A DNA stretch of 64,000 nucleotides from the sequence record MW598459; one strand, written 5' to 3'. The notes under the pieces were generated by a model. The model did not search any database, was not told the DNA's origin, and saw only the letters and a list, made by a program, of their open reading frames with translations. The DNA comes from Escherichia phage vB_EcoM_RZ. Made by a program: the position numbers and the translations under genes. Below are positions 1 to 13,335 of the stretch, piece after piece (the first letter of the stretch is position 1; every line of letters starts with the position of its first letter).

Positions 1-1768
1 TGGTGATTACCTTCGTCTCGGCGGTCAAAAAATAAACAATAACTTTGACGACCTTTATTATCAGCTGGGTGATGGTGAAAATCCTCATGCGGCTGGTGCA
101 TGGAAAACTTGGACTACACAAGAAGGCACCGAGTTGTCTGCTGTTATGGGTCGAAGCTATACCATCGATACATCAGCCGGTGCGGTTCGAGTCGTCCTCC
201 CGAAAGGAACAACTCAAGAATACAATTATGTAATTCGATTGCGTGATGTGTTTGCTACCTGGCAAATCAACCCGGTGACAATTGTTCCTGCAGTCGGGGA
301 TACGATTAAAGGCTCACCAAATCCAGTAGAAATTAAACGCAACTTAGCCGACCTTGAACTTGTATATTGTTCACCAGGTCGTTGGGAATATATCGATAAT
401 AAACAAGTCGATAAAATTTCAAATAACGACGTTGCTACGGTTGCATCCCAACAGTTTATTGCTACCGAAGGACAAACTGACTTTATCAATGTGTTTGGTG
501 CTATTCCGTATAGCGTATCGAACTTAGAAGTCAAACATCGTGGTAACGACCTGTTTTATGGTAAAGATGATATTTTCGACCCGGTGAATGCTGAATTTGG
601 TTCCCCTGGTGCAAACCCTGGTGAAATCGTTGCGCTTGATGGTAAAAGCATCCGTCTGAAAATGCCATGCGCTGAAGGTGATACGGTTATCATCCGAACA
701 TTTAATGATGGCATTGCACAATGGCGTAGTTCGTATAATCGTCGTGATGTACTTGTTCGTAGTCAAGACAGGACCAAAGAAACAACAATTAATGGTTCTT
801 TGATTGTTACGGATTTGACAACCAAACACACCTTTACAATTGAAGAACTTGGCATTTCTCCGGGTAGCCCAATTAACCCAAACGCATGTCAAGTATTCAT
901 TAACAGTATTTTACAACACCAAGCCGGGACTGCAGGAACTCCAGTATTTTATTGCGAAGGTGCACAAGGTTCCACTGCGGCAGAATGTAGCGCAAATGGT
1001 GGCAGTTGGTCTGAATCAACCCAGGATTATTTGCTGCAATTTGATGATGACAACCGCATCGAAGGTATTAGCATTTATCGTGAATTTGAAGACGGTGATA
1101 TTCTGTCGGTCATTTGGTACAATAACGATATCGGCACAACTATGACCATGGATGAAATCCGTGATGAGACTGACACTCTTTATGTTTCTCAGGGAAATAC
1201 ATTGAGCCTAACTGGTCGTGTACGTATTACAGATTTTGATAATCCGTTTGCACCAAACGTTGAACCGGTCGGTCTTCAGGAAGTTGTTCCATCTTCTGTT
1301 GGCGCTATCTTTGAATTATTCTATCCGGTTGGTACAATTTACGAAAATACGGTTAACCCGAATAACCCGGTTACTTATATGGGATTCGGTTCATGGAAAC
1401 GTTTGAAAGAACGTGTAATCGTTGCCTGGTCTGATGACCCTGCCTCAAACTTCCATACAAACAATAATGACCTGGATTCTGGTGGTAACCCACAAGCGAC
1501 GGCGGGTGGCACAGGTGGTAGTGTTGAAGTTCATATTAAAGATATAAACGTACCTAAACTTGAAACCGATGAGAAAGTTTTGGTTGTTGATGATAATGGT
1601 CCGATTGTTGTTGGCGGTTGTCAGGTAGACCCGGATGCACAAGGTCCAGCTTATACCAAATACAGAGAAGATAAAGCCACCATTAATCAGGCGCAAGACC
1701 CTCAAGCTCAACCGGTTTATACAATGCCTCCATATTTGATTGCTCATCGCTGGGTAAGGATTGCTTAA
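1..1768 (+). CDS. 10: baseplate wedge/tail pin protein gp10, 5' end outside window
   Basis: Frame open from nt 2 to stop at 1768 (at least 588 codons); sits directly upstream of gp11/gp12/wac as in T4; T4 gp10 is about 602 aa. Confidence 0.7.
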   Translation, partial: GDYLRLGGQKINNNFDDLYYQLGDGENPHAAGAWKTWTTQEGTELSAVMGRSYTIDTSAGAVRVVLPKGTTQEYNYVIRLRDVFATWQINPVTIVPAVGDTIKGSPNPVEIKRNLADLELVYCSPGRWEYIDNKQVDKISNNDVATVASQQFIATEGQTDFINVFGAIPYSVSNLEVKHRGNDLFYGKDDIFDPVNAEFGSPGANPGEIVALDGKSIRLKMPCAEGDTVIIRTFNDGIAQWRSSYNRRDVLVRSQDRTKETTINGSLIVTDLTTKHTFTIEELGISPGSPINPNACQVFINSILQHQAGTAGTPVFYCEGAQGSTAAECSANGGSWSESTQDYLLQFDDDNRIEGISIYREFEDGDILSVIWYNNDIGTTMTMDEIRDETDTLYVSQGNTLSLTGRVRITDFDNPFAPNVEPVGLQEVVPSSVGAIFELFYPVGTIYENTVNPNNPVTYMGFGSWKRLKERVIVAWSDDPASNFHTNNNDLDSGGNPQATAGGTGGSVEVHIKDINVPKLETDEKVLVVDDNGPIVVGGCQVDPDAQGPAYTKYREDKATINQAQDPQAQPVYTMPPYLIAHRWVRIA

Positions 1769-2433
1769 TGAAAACATTAACGAATAAAAAGGCTGGAGTA
1801 ATTTCCCGCCTTGCTAGTTACTTAGAATTTCAAAATACATCAAAAAATATTACGGCTGTCATGGGTCAACGAGCAATCGGCGGCCCATCCGCAACACAAA
1901 CAACCGAGGGTATTTTTTATCCAACAGTTCAGAGCGCAATAGATGATATTGCGTTTCGATATGAGCTTCCGGTTGGCAGTGTAATTACTAATACGAATAA
2001 CCTTTCTCCTGCGGCAATTAGTCAGTCGGATAAAATTAAATTCACCGGGTCTATTTCTGGTGCTGGGGTTGGTGATACTGTTTTATTTTTCATTTTTGGT
2101 ATTCCAGTTGAGGTTATTGTCGGGGATTCGGCTGTATTAGTTGCTTCCAAGGTTAACGATGCTTTGCTGACGGCTGTTGCTGATAGTTTAATTGTGTCAA
2201 GCTCTGCAATTGATAGCGTGGACCAGTCTATATTAAATATTACATATAACGACTACCAAAACCATAATTTTGCACCTTTCACTCAATATGGTTGTACGCT
2301 TAGCCAGACTATTACACAGCAACCGCGCGGTGGGTATGGTTCATGGGAATATCTTGGAACTTCAACCCAGACATTATCAGGTGGCACAGCAAATGGCGCA
2401 ATTTCACTTTACCATTATAAGCGAGTATCGTAA
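1768..2433 (+). CDS. 11: baseplate wedge/short-fibre attachment protein gp11
   Basis: 221 aa (T4 gp11 about 219 aa); stop/start overlap with flanking genes; synteny 10-11-12. Confidence 0.75.
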   Translation: MKTLTNKKAGVISRLASYLEFQNTSKNITAVMGQRAIGGPSATQTTEGIFYPTVQSAIDDIAFRYELPVGSVITNTNNLSPAAISQSDKIKFTGSISGAGVGDTVLFFIFGIPVEVIVGDSAVLVASKVNDALLTAVADSLIVSSSAIDSVDQSILNITYNDYQNHNFAPFTQYGCTLSQTITQQPRGGYGSWEYLGTSTQTLSGGTANGAISLYHYKRVS

Positions 2434-3983
2434 TGACAACGACTAACACGCTAAAACACATTAGCGATAAATCCGAATATAAAACATTCGACCCGACGGG
2501 AACAGCTTTCCCGTCGACTGTTACCAACGTACAAGAGGCTTTAGGGTCTCTTAATAAAATTGCGTTAGATGGATATATCCCAGCCTCTTCCGAAACGACC
2601 GCAGGGCTCATCAGGCTAGCCACCACACAAGAAGTTATTGATGGTATTAGTCCAGACTCTGCAGTTACTCCAGCGACCTTAAAAGCTCGTTTAGACATCC
2701 CTACGCAAGCCACAGAAACTTATGTAGGTATTACCCGTTATGCAACCAATGCTGAAGCAATTGCCGGAACAGTAACCGATGCGGCTATTGTTCCATCTTC
2801 ATTAAAAGCAACAATTGATGATGTTTTTGCTGTTCGTGTCGGTACCGAAAATAATTTGGGTGTTCTTCGTATTAGTACCGAGGATGCAGCTTTAGCTGGT
2901 ACAGATGATACAACCGCTATGTCTCCGTTGAAAGTTGCTCTGGCAATTGGCAAAGCAACAGCAGCGCTTCCGACTTATTCAACTGCCACACAAACTGTTT
3001 CTGGTTTAGTACGAATTGCTACAAATGCTGAAGTGCAAGCAGGAACCCTGGGTGACGGTGTGGCAATTTCTCCAGCAGGTTTAAATGCTCGTACAGCAAC
3101 ACAAGACCGCGCTGGGATTATTCGTCTTGGTACTCAGTCAGAGATTAATAACAGTGTTGATGGTGTTGCGGTAACCGGAGCAACTCTTAATGACCGTGGC
3201 GCTACAACCGATATTCGCGGTGTTGTTAGATTAACTAATCAGGCAGGGGTTGCTCCCGGGGGTGACGGTGCTGGTGCCTTGGCTTGGAACGCTGATGTAA
3301 TTAACACTCGCGGTGGTCAACGAATTAATGGAAGTCTTTCTTTAGATTATATTTCCACCGGCAATTTTGATTCCAATACAGCTCATATGGGCGGTCAATT
3401 ACTTTCTACACAGCGTTATGCTTCTGAACGGGTTCCTGTCGGAACGGTGATGATGTTCGCAGGTGATAGTGCTCCTCCTGGCTGGATTATGTGTCATGGT
3501 GGCACCGTTAATGGTGACCAATTCCCTGACTATCGAAATACTGTTGGGACTCGTTTTGGTGGTGATTGGAATAACCCTGGCGTTCCTGATATGCGCGGCT
3601 TATTCGTTCGTGGCGCAGGTACGGGCGGTCATATTCTGAATAACCGTGGTCAAGATGGTTATGGTAAAGACCGTTTGGGTGTTGGTTGTGATGGAATGCA
3701 TGTTGGCGGTGTTCAGGCACAACAAATGTCATACCATAAACACGCTGGTGGCTGGGGTGAATATCAACGCAATGAAGCTCCATTTGGTGCGTCAGTTTAT
3801 CAGGGTTATCTTGGTACCAGAAAATATGCAGACTGGGACAATGCCTCGTATTTCACAAATGACGGATTTGAATTAGGTGGTGGTCGTGATTCTCTCGGAA
3901 CGTTAAACCGTGAAGGCCTTATCGGATATGAAACAAGACCTTGGAATATGTCTTTAAACTATATTATTAAAGTTCACTATTAA
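2433..3983 (+). CDS. 12: short tail fibre protein gp12
   Basis: 516 aa, Ala/Thr/Gly-rich repetitive fibre-like N-terminal two-thirds; position between 11 and wac; T4 gp12 about 527 aa. Confidence 0.75.
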   Translation: MTTTNTLKHISDKSEYKTFDPTGTAFPSTVTNVQEALGSLNKIALDGYIPASSETTAGLIRLATTQEVIDGISPDSAVTPATLKARLDIPTQATETYVGITRYATNAEAIAGTVTDAAIVPSSLKATIDDVFAVRVGTENNLGVLRISTEDAALAGTDDTTAMSPLKVALAIGKATAALPTYSTATQTVSGLVRIATNAEVQAGTLGDGVAISPAGLNARTATQDRAGIIRLGTQSEINNSVDGVAVTGATLNDRGATTDIRGVVRLTNQAGVAPGGDGAGALAWNADVINTRGGQRINGSLSLDYISTGNFDSNTAHMGGQLLSTQRYASERVPVGTVMMFAGDSAPPGWIMCHGGTVNGDQFPDYRNTVGTRFGGDWNNPGVPDMRGLFVRGAGTGGHILNNRGQDGYGKDRLGVGCDGMHVGGVQAQQMSYHKHAGGWGEYQRNEAPFGASVYQGYLGTRKYADWDNASYFTNDGFELGGGRDSLGTLNREGLIGYETRPWNMSLNYIIKVHY

Positions 3984-3991
3984 GGACCAAA

Positions 3992-5623
3992 ATGATTAAT
4001 AAACTCAGTCTCAAAGAACTGCCGTATAGCATCGGTATTCCAGACGAAGGCCAACAGAGAATTCGTTGGATACAAAACGGTGATTGTATGACTGCGGCCA
4101 GTACCAAATATGGTCATGATGGTAATTTGAACGCCGCCGCGGTTGGCGTTCAAACAAACGTAGATACACTCGACGACAACTCAAATACATCTAAAGAAAA
4201 AATAAACGAAATTATTGATAACGTCAATAATATTCAGGAAGCTTTGGATATAACAACTAACACGGAAGTTGTTAAACAAATTGAAAAAAACCGTACGGAT
4301 ATTCTTGACCTTGATGAACGTCAATTTAATACCGAATTACTGTCAAGCGAAACATCCGAAGGCCTTAAAACGTTAAAAGAAGATGTTGGTGCTTATGACC
4401 CGTTAACCGATTCATATTATCGCACAGTTCGTAATGACCTCGTATGGATTAAAAATGAATTAGGCCAGTATGTTGACCAAGATATAAATGGTCTCCAGGT
4501 TATCGGCAATCCGTCAAAAGGCATGAAACGCCGCATCATCGATAACAGTTCTGCTATTGTTGCTCATGGAGTTCGTATTAAGACTCTTGAGGACAATTAC
4601 CATGATTCTGATGTCGGTTCTCTTAACGTAAAAGTAATTAAAATTCGTGAAGAATTAGGTGAGTCTACTTTAGCAATAGGTAAACCGGCTGTATTTGTTA
4701 GACTGAATACTCTTGATGGTAAAGCAGTCGAAATTGACGAAGATATTACCAACATTCAAGAAGCTATTGGTTTTGGTACAGGGATTGCAATTACAACCCG
4801 CGTTGAAAATCTCGGCGGACGTGTTTCAGTCAATGAAACAGATATTGCGAATATCAAACCAAGACTCACGAAGGTTGAAACTGATATTGGAACAGCACTG
4901 GAGCCATTGACAATTAATGGTCGAATCAGTGCTTTACGCGCGGATGTCAATGGATTACAGGTTGTTGTTGGCCAGGATTCAAGTTCCGGTTTGCGTGGTA
5001 CCACTGCATGGCTTTCTCAGAGAATCGGTACAGAGCAATCTCCAGAGCCAAACACTATCACGTATAAGTTGAATGCAACCACTACGCTGGCTAACGAAAC
5101 TGCATCAGGTCTCCAGGATGTACAAGCTGAAATTGGTACAAATAACACTGGTATGAAAGGTTCTATTTTGACTTTAACTAGTCAGATGAATGGTACAAAC
5201 CCTAACGGTGCTACTGTGGCTGAACGTGGTGTTCTTCCGGTTGTAATTAACTTGGATATGCTGATGGCGTCCAAGCTGAACGATGCACCATTGGACAATA
5301 AGTTATATGGTCGCAAGCAAGGAACCTGGGCTGAAATTATCGATGCTGAAACCGAGATTGATGCAATTAAACTTGATACTGCAAAAATTGCACCATTAAC
5401 CACTCGTGTGACAACCCTTGAAGGTACAGTAACTCCGCTCCCTGGTCGCCTGGATGCGGCCGAGACGAAGATAACTACTTTAGAAGGTAAAGTATCAGCC
5501 TTAGAAACAGAGCTCGCCAAAAGGCCTCCTGTCGCTCCTGTGGCCGATGGTCTCCCGTATGTTCTAGTTGATAATGCATGGGTTCTTTTGTCAACATTCG
5601 TGACATTAAATCCAGCACCATAA
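3992..5623 (+). CDS. wac: fibritin (whisker/collar protein)
   Basis: 543 aa, long heptad coiled-coil; C-terminus GLPYVLVDNAWVLLSTF resembles the T4 fibritin foldon; followed by terminator. Confidence 0.85.
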   Translation: MINKLSLKELPYSIGIPDEGQQRIRWIQNGDCMTAASTKYGHDGNLNAAAVGVQTNVDTLDDNSNTSKEKINEIIDNVNNIQEALDITTNTEVVKQIEKNRTDILDLDERQFNTELLSSETSEGLKTLKEDVGAYDPLTDSYYRTVRNDLVWIKNELGQYVDQDINGLQVIGNPSKGMKRRIIDNSSAIVAHGVRIKTLEDNYHDSDVGSLNVKVIKIREELGESTLAIGKPAVFVRLNTLDGKAVEIDEDITNIQEAIGFGTGIAITTRVENLGGRVSVNETDIANIKPRLTKVETDIGTALEPLTINGRISALRADVNGLQVVVGQDSSSGLRGTTAWLSQRIGTEQSPEPNTITYKLNATTTLANETASGLQDVQAEIGTNNTGMKGSILTLTSQMNGTNPNGATVAERGVLPVVINLDMLMASKLNDAPLDNKLYGRKQGTWAEIIDAETEIDAIKLDTAKIAPLTTRVTTLEGTVTPLPGRLDAAETKITTLEGKVSALETELAKRPPVAPVADGLPYVLVDNAWVLLSTFVTLNPAP

Positions 5624-5624
5624 T

Positions 5625-5646
5625 AAAAGGGCTTCGGCCCTTTTTT
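5625..5646 (+). terminator. intrinsic terminator after wac
   Basis: GGGCTTCGGCCC hairpin (5629-5640) followed by TTTTTT. Confidence 0.7.
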
Positions 5647-5648
5647 CG

Positions 5649-5656
5649 TATAAATA
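5649..5656 (+). promoter_or_regulatory. late promoter (TATAAATA) for gene 13
   Basis: exact TATAAATA 19 nt upstream of gene 13 ATG; T4 late promoter consensus. Confidence 0.6.
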
Positions 5657-5674
5657 CAGTAAAGAGGAAAACAT

Positions 5675-6613
5675 ATGGCAACTGAATCATACAACCCGAA
5701 ACAATTAAAAGATGCAATCCTTCGTCGTCTTGGTGCTCCAATCACGAATATCGAAGTTACGACCGAACAGGTTTATGATTGCATCCAGCGCGCATTAGAA
5801 TTATATGGCGAATATCACTATAATGGTTATAACAAAGGTTATCAGGCTTTTTATATTGGCCATGATGAAGTTTCACAGCAGAAATTCCGCGATGGCGTTT
5901 TCGATTTAAAAGGACGTAATATTTTTGCAGTAACGCAGATTATTCGTACTAATGTCGGTTCATTAACTTCGATGGATGGTCAAGCTACATATCCGTGGTT
6001 CACAGATTTCGTTCTGGGACTGGCCGGGATTAACGGTGGAATGGGTAGCTCATGTAACAGCTTTGGTCCAAATGCTTTTGGTGCAGACCTTGGTTATTTT
6101 ACACAGCTTATGCAATACCGTTCAATGATGCAAGACCTGATGGTTCCGCTGCCAGATTACTGGTATAATGACGATACTGAACAACTTAAAATTATGGGCA
6201 ACTTCCGTCAGGGAGATGTGATTGTAATTGAAGTTTACACCAAATCCTTTAATGGTGTTGATGCAATGGCCAGCAATACAGCTGGATATGGTTTTGCTTC
6301 GGCCGATTGTGATAATCCGTGGAATGCTGGTGCACAGTGGGATAACCCAGCGCGCAGAATAAGCGGTATGAGAGCCGGTGAGGACCTTGGACTTCAAGAT
6401 GGTGCATACAACAACCGTTGGGTGAAAGACTATGCCACGGCGCTCGTTAAGGAAGTTAACGGCAACGTATTGGCTAAACACCAGGGGATGATGATGCCAG
6501 GTGGTACCACGGTTGATGGTGTTCGTTTAATTGAAGAAGCTCGTATGGAAAAAGAACGGCTCCGCGAAGAACTTGACCTGCTGGATGCACCCGCTGGAAT
6601 ACTAATTGGGTGA
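5675..6613 (+). CDS. 13: neck protein gp13
   Basis: 312 aa (T4 gp13 about 309 aa); SD AAGAGGA; synteny wac-13-14. Confidence 0.8.
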   Translation: MATESYNPKQLKDAILRRLGAPITNIEVTTEQVYDCIQRALELYGEYHYNGYNKGYQAFYIGHDEVSQQKFRDGVFDLKGRNIFAVTQIIRTNVGSLTSMDGQATYPWFTDFVLGLAGINGGMGSSCNSFGPNAFGADLGYFTQLMQYRSMMQDLMVPLPDYWYNDDTEQLKIMGNFRQGDVIVIEVYTKSFNGVDAMASNTAGYGFASADCDNPWNAGAQWDNPARRISGMRAGEDLGLQDGAYNNRWVKDYATALVKEVNGNVLAKHQGMMMPGGTTVDGVRLIEEARMEKERLREELDLLDAPAGILIG

Positions 6614-6616
6614 TTA

Positions 6617-7252
6617 ATGGCTACTTACTATAGACTTTATGTATCAACATTTGAAACATCTAATGGGATAATGGTATATGGCGGTAAACGCCATTCACAT
6701 TATGAAGATTCTAAAGCGGATAGTTATTTCGGTTCTGGTACTATTGTCAAGCGAGCTAAACAAAAATACGGAAGGAAATGTTTAGTCGACATTACATGGT
6801 CTAAACCTTTTGAATCGCCTGCCCTATTAAAAGAAGCCGAAGCCTTACTAGTCAGTGAGCTTTTAGAAAGTTTTGATAATTGTGCAAATTTACATCCAAC
6901 AGGGGGAGGCGGACCAGAAGGTTATAGTTGTCCAGAAGATTCCCCTGCCTTTGGTAAAAAGAGAACAGCAGAATCAAGAAAACGAATGTCAGACGCAGCA
7001 AAACAAAGGGAATGGTCAGAAGAAGGATTAAAACGTCGTAAAGAATCAACAGCTCGAATGTGGATTGATTTTAAGGACAGACATCCAGATTTTTCTGATG
7101 ATAAAAATCCGGCCGCGCGTAAAATTATTACAGGCGACCTAGAATTTTGTACCGGAAGAAAATGTGCAGAATATTATTCGATAACACCGGCGACGGTCAT
7201 TTACAGATGTAAAAGTACAGCCGAAAAATGGAAATTATGGAATTATGCGTAA
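6617..7252 (+). CDS. GIY-YIG-like free-standing endonuclease (Seg-like) candidate
   Basis: N-terminal YYRLYV-x10-VYGGKR resembles the GIY-x10-YIG motif; [11 protein letters not shown] / [10 protein letters not shown] repeats resemble NUMOD-type DNA-binding motifs; no T4 gene between 13 and 14 as far as I recall. Confidence 0.5.
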   Translation: MATYYRLYVSTFETSNGIMVYGGKRHSHYEDSKADSYFGSGTIVKRAKQKYGRKCLVDITWSKPFESPALLKEAEALLVSELLESFDNCANLHPTGGGGPEGYSCPEDSPAFGKKRTAESRKRMSDAAKQREWSEEGLKRRKESTARMWIDFKDRHPDFSDDKNPAARKIITGDLEFCTGRKCAEYYSITPATVIYRCKSTAEKWKLWNYA

Positions 7253-8033
7253 TTCTTATGATGCAAGCTTATTCGCTCGGCTCGAAGATGGAACCGGGTA
7301 TGACAATACAAACTCGTCAGAGATACTCAACCAATATGTAAACTTTATGCATCATGAAAATACCCAGACTTTAGCTGATGCTATTGTTGCTGAAAGTATT
7401 CAGATGCGCGGAATGTCTCTATATTATATCCCAAGACAATTCGTTAAACCGGATTTGTTATTCGGTGAAGACCTTCAGAGTAAATTTGATAAAGCATGGA
7501 AATTTGCTGGCTATCTGGATACGTTTGACGCATATCAGGGTGATGGTTCTATCTTTAGTAAATTCGGTATGACTGTGAACGATGAAATCACAATATCGAT
7601 TAACCCTAATCTGTTTAAACATCAATGCAACGGAACCGAACCTATTGCAGGGGATTTGATTTATTTCCCTCTTGATAACAGTCTGTTCGAAATTACATGG
7701 GTGCAACCTTACGACCCATTCTATCAGGTAGGTCAAAACGCCATTCGTAAAATCACCGCGAGCAAATACATTTACTCCGGGGAAGAGCTTAAACCTGAAT
7801 TGCAACGGAATGAAGGTATTAATATTTCAGAATTCAGCGAGCTCGATTTACAACCAATCCACAATATCGATGGCCTTACAGATATCAGCGATATCCCTTA
7901 TGCTGAATCCAATGAGATTAACGCAGAAGCAGCTGAATATGTTAAACCATATTTTGTGCAGAATGGCCGTGGACTTGAGGCTCCTCCGAAGGCAAAACAG
8001 GATAGCTTTGACGATAGTTTCTTTGATGAATAA
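7245..8033 (+). CDS. 14: neck protein gp14
   Basis: 262 aa (T4 gp14 about 256 aa); start overlaps stop of preceding ORF (ATGCGTAA). Confidence 0.8.
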   Translation: MRNSYDASLFARLEDGTGYDNTNSSEILNQYVNFMHHENTQTLADAIVAESIQMRGMSLYYIPRQFVKPDLLFGEDLQSKFDKAWKFAGYLDTFDAYQGDGSIFSKFGMTVNDEITISINPNLFKHQCNGTEPIAGDLIYFPLDNSLFEITWVQPYDPFYQVGQNAIRKITASKYIYSGEELKPELQRNEGINISEFSELDLQPIHNIDGLTDISDIPYAESNEINAEAAEYVKPYFVQNGRGLEAPPKAKQDSFDDSFFDE

Positions 8034-8045
8034 ATACATTTATTA

Positions 8046-8064
8046 ATGCGCCCGAATTGGGCGC
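8046..8064 (+). promoter_or_regulatory. hairpin just upstream of gene 15 ribosome-binding site
   Basis: GCGCCC-GAATT-GGGCGC, 6-bp stem, no T-run; GGAGG SD follows. Confidence 0.4.
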
Positions 8065-8076
8065 CTGGAGGTTACT

Positions 8077-8948
8077 TTGTTTGGGCATTTTTATAATTCG
8101 TCTCTGCGTCGCTATATCGTTTTAATGGGCGATTTATTTTCCCATGTACAAGTGGCCAGAACCAGAGAAGACACTGGACTTAAATATATTAAGGTCCCTA
8201 TTTCTTATGCTTCAAAAGAAAAATTCATGATGCAGCTTGGAAAATGGACCGCTATTCAGAATACACCGACTCCTGACATGACACCACAAGAACGTGCTGC
8301 TCAGAAGGCTAAAATCGAGACCGTATTGCCCCGTATGAACCTACATATGGTTGACTTGATGTATAACGGGCAATATAAAACGGCTCTCCAGAATCACACA
8401 CAAGCGCGATTTGCTAATAACGACCCTCGCAAGCAGATATCTCAATATTCTCCTGTGCCGGTCAAAATGATTTTCGAGCTTGGAATATATACAAGGCATC
8501 AAGATGATATGTTCCAGATTATCGAACAAATCATGCCTTACTTCCAGCCACATTTTAATACAACCATCACTGAACTTTACACGAATGAAATTACATTCGA
8601 ACGTGATATAAGAATCGTATTGCAGTCAATTGCTATGGATGAGCAAATTGAAGGTGATGCAATGACTCGTCGTAGACTCGAATGGTCCATTATGTTCGAA
8701 GTTAACGGTTGGTTATATCCACCGGTCAAGGAAGTAGCCGGGGAAATCCGTACTATCTATCTTGACTTCTTTGCAAATTCCAGAGAGCTTGCACCGGAGG
8801 GCAATTTCGAATCTGTTGACTCGGAAGCTGTTCCACGAGACGTCGACCAAGAAGACTGGCAAGGTGAATCTGTTCAAACATATTCGCAGGATATTCCTGT
8901 GCCGGTTGACCCAGCACCGCCAGCCCCAAGAAAAAATAGGGTACCACT

Positions 8949-8952
<4 letters not shown>
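8077..8952 (+). CDS. 15: tail sheath stabiliser/completion protein gp15
   Basis: N-terminus [13 protein letters not shown] matches remembered T4 gp15 (MFGYFYNSS...); 291 aa; apparent TTG start 5 nt after GGAGG. Confidence 0.8.
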
Positions 8953-11259
<2,307 letters not shown>

Positions 11260-11288
11260 AAGTAAAGCAAACTATTAGAGGACTCAAA

Positions 11289-13268
11289 ATGGCTTTATTA
11301 TCTCCGGGCATTGAGCTCAAAGAAACAACGGTCCAAAGCACTGTTGTTCGTAACGCGACGGGTCGTGCGGCGCTGGTTGGTAAATTCCAGTGGGGCCCAG
11401 CTTTCCAGGTAACTCAGATTACAAACGAAGTTGAACTTGTTGATTTGTTTGGTGGTCCGAATAATGAAACAGCAGATTACTTTATGAGTGGGATGAACTT
11501 CCTGCAATATGGTAATGACCTCCGTACTGTACGTGTTGTTAACCGTGACGAAGCTAAAAACGCATCCCCGATTGCTGGCAATATTGAAACTACCATTGTA
11601 ACTGCTGGTACAAACTATGCTGTCGGTGATGTTATTCAGGTTAAACACAACCAGACTGTTGTTGAACCAGCTGGCCGTGTGACCAAGGTCGATGTTGATG
11701 GTAAAATTCTGGCAATCTTTATTCCTACCAATAAGATTATTGCATTTGCTAAAACTATTAATCAGTATCCTAATTTGGGCAGTGCATGGACTGCAGAAGT
11801 TACGACCACTTCTTCCGGTGTATCTGGTACCATCACTGTCGGGAAAATTGTTACCGATTCTGGCATTCTGTTGACTGAAGCAGAAAACAGTGAAGAAGCA
11901 ATTACTTCTCTGGAATTCCAGGCATCATTGGCAAAATATGCAATGCCGGGTGTTGTTGCTCTTTATCCTGGTGAAATTGGTTCGACTCTTGAAGTTGAAA
12001 TCGTATCCAAAGCTGAATTTGAAAAAGGCGCAACTGCAAATCTGGATATTTTCCCCGGTGGTGGTTCCCGCGCTTCTATAGCTCGTGCAGTGTTTAACTA
12101 TGGTCCTCAGACCGAAAACCAATATGCAATTATCGTTCGCCGCGATGGTGCAATCGTCGAAAACGTTGTTTTGTCTACTAAGCAGGGCGAAAAAGATGTT
12201 TATGGTAATAACATTTACCTGGATGACTACTTTGCAAAAGGTACTTCCAACTACATCTATGCAACATCTCGCAACTGGCCTGTAGGCTTCAGTGGTATCA
12301 TCAATCTGTCTGGTGGTATTTCTGCAAACGATAAGATTACCGCTGGTGATTTGATGCAAGGTTGGGACCTGTTCGCTGACCGTGAAGCTCTGCATATCAA
12401 CCTGCTTATCGCTGGTGCTTGTGCTGGTGAAGGTGATGCGACCGCTTCCACTGTTCAGAAGCACGTAGTTTCTATTGCTGACGAACGTCAGGATTGCTTG
12501 GCATTCATTTCCCCGCCGAAAGGTCTGTTGGTTAACGTTCCTCTGACCCGTGCAGTGGATAACCTGATTGACTGGCGTACAGGTGCTGGTGCATTTGATA
12601 CTGATAACATGAATATCAGCACGACTTATGCAGCGATTGATGGCAACTATAAATATCAGTATGATAAATATAACGACGTTAACCGTTGGGTTCCTCTGGC
12701 AGCTGATATGGCTGGACTGTGTGCTCGTACTGATGATGTTTCTCAGCCTTGGATGTCTCCGGCAGGTTATAATCGTGGTCAGATTCTGAACGTTCTGAAA
12801 TTGGCTGTTGAACCACGTCAGACCCAACGTGACCGCATGTATCAGGAAGCTATCAACCCGGTTGTTGGTTTCGCAGGTGGTGATGGTTTTGTTCTGTATG
12901 GTGATAAGACTGCAACTAAAGTTCCATCTCCGATGGACCATATCAACGTTCGCCGTCTTACGAATATGCTGAAGAAAAATATCGGTGACGCATCCAAATA
13001 TAAACTGTTTGAGCTTAACGATAACTTCACTCGTGCATCATTCCGTATGGAAACTTCTCAATACTTGGATGGTATTCGTGCGCTCGGTGGCATTTATGAA
13101 GGTCGTGTGGTTTGTGATACTACTAACAACACCCCGGCGGTTATTGACCGAAATGAGTTTGTTGCTAGCATTTATTATAAACCTGCCCGCAGTATTAACT
13201 ATATACAGCTTAATTTCGTTGCCACTAGCACTGGTGCTGATTTCGATGAGCTGATTGGGCCACAATAA
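11289..13268 (+). CDS. 18: tail sheath protein gp18
   Basis: 659 aa, same length as T4 gp18; strong SD GAGGA; synteny 17-18-19. Confidence 0.9.
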   Translation: MALLSPGIELKETTVQSTVVRNATGRAALVGKFQWGPAFQVTQITNEVELVDLFGGPNNETADYFMSGMNFLQYGNDLRTVRVVNRDEAKNASPIAGNIETTIVTAGTNYAVGDVIQVKHNQTVVEPAGRVTKVDVDGKILAIFIPTNKIIAFAKTINQYPNLGSAWTAEVTTTSSGVSGTITVGKIVTDSGILLTEAENSEEAITSLEFQASLAKYAMPGVVALYPGEIGSTLEVEIVSKAEFEKGATANLDIFPGGGSRASIARAVFNYGPQTENQYAIIVRRDGAIVENVVLSTKQGEKDVYGNNIYLDDYFAKGTSNYIYATSRNWPVGFSGIINLSGGISANDKITAGDLMQGWDLFADREALHINLLIAGACAGEGDATASTVQKHVVSIADERQDCLAFISPPKGLLVNVPLTRAVDNLIDWRTGAGAFDTDNMNISTTYAAIDGNYKYQYDKYNDVNRWVPLAADMAGLCARTDDVSQPWMSPAGYNRGQILNVLKLAVEPRQTQRDRMYQEAINPVVGFAGGDGFVLYGDKTATKVPSPMDHINVRRLTNMLKKNIGDASKYKLFELNDNFTRASFRMETSQYLDGIRALGGIYEGRVVCDTTNNTPAVIDRNEFVASIYYKPARSINYIQLNFVATSTGADFDELIGPQ

Positions 13269-13300
13269 GACTTTACTTCTGATTTAACTTGGGTTATAAT

Positions 13301-13323
13301 GCGCGTATAATATAAATACGCGC
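13301..13323. promoter_or_regulatory. palindrome GCGCGTAT-AATATAA-ATACGCGC containing a late-promoter TATAAATA (13311-13318)
   Basis: 8-bp perfect inverted arms; TATAAATA 18 nt upstream of the HNH ORF. Confidence 0.5.
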
Positions 13324-13335
13324 AAGGATTTACAA

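Noticed and set aside
45-233. 62-aa plus-strand ORF at the window start
   Set aside because: Out of frame within the gp10 reading frame that is open from the window edge.
11925-12941. 338-aa minus-strand ORF inside gene 18
   Set aside because: Entirely antisense to the well-supported tail sheath gene; Cys/Ile/Asn/Thr-rich composition typical of antisense translation; no SD or promoter.
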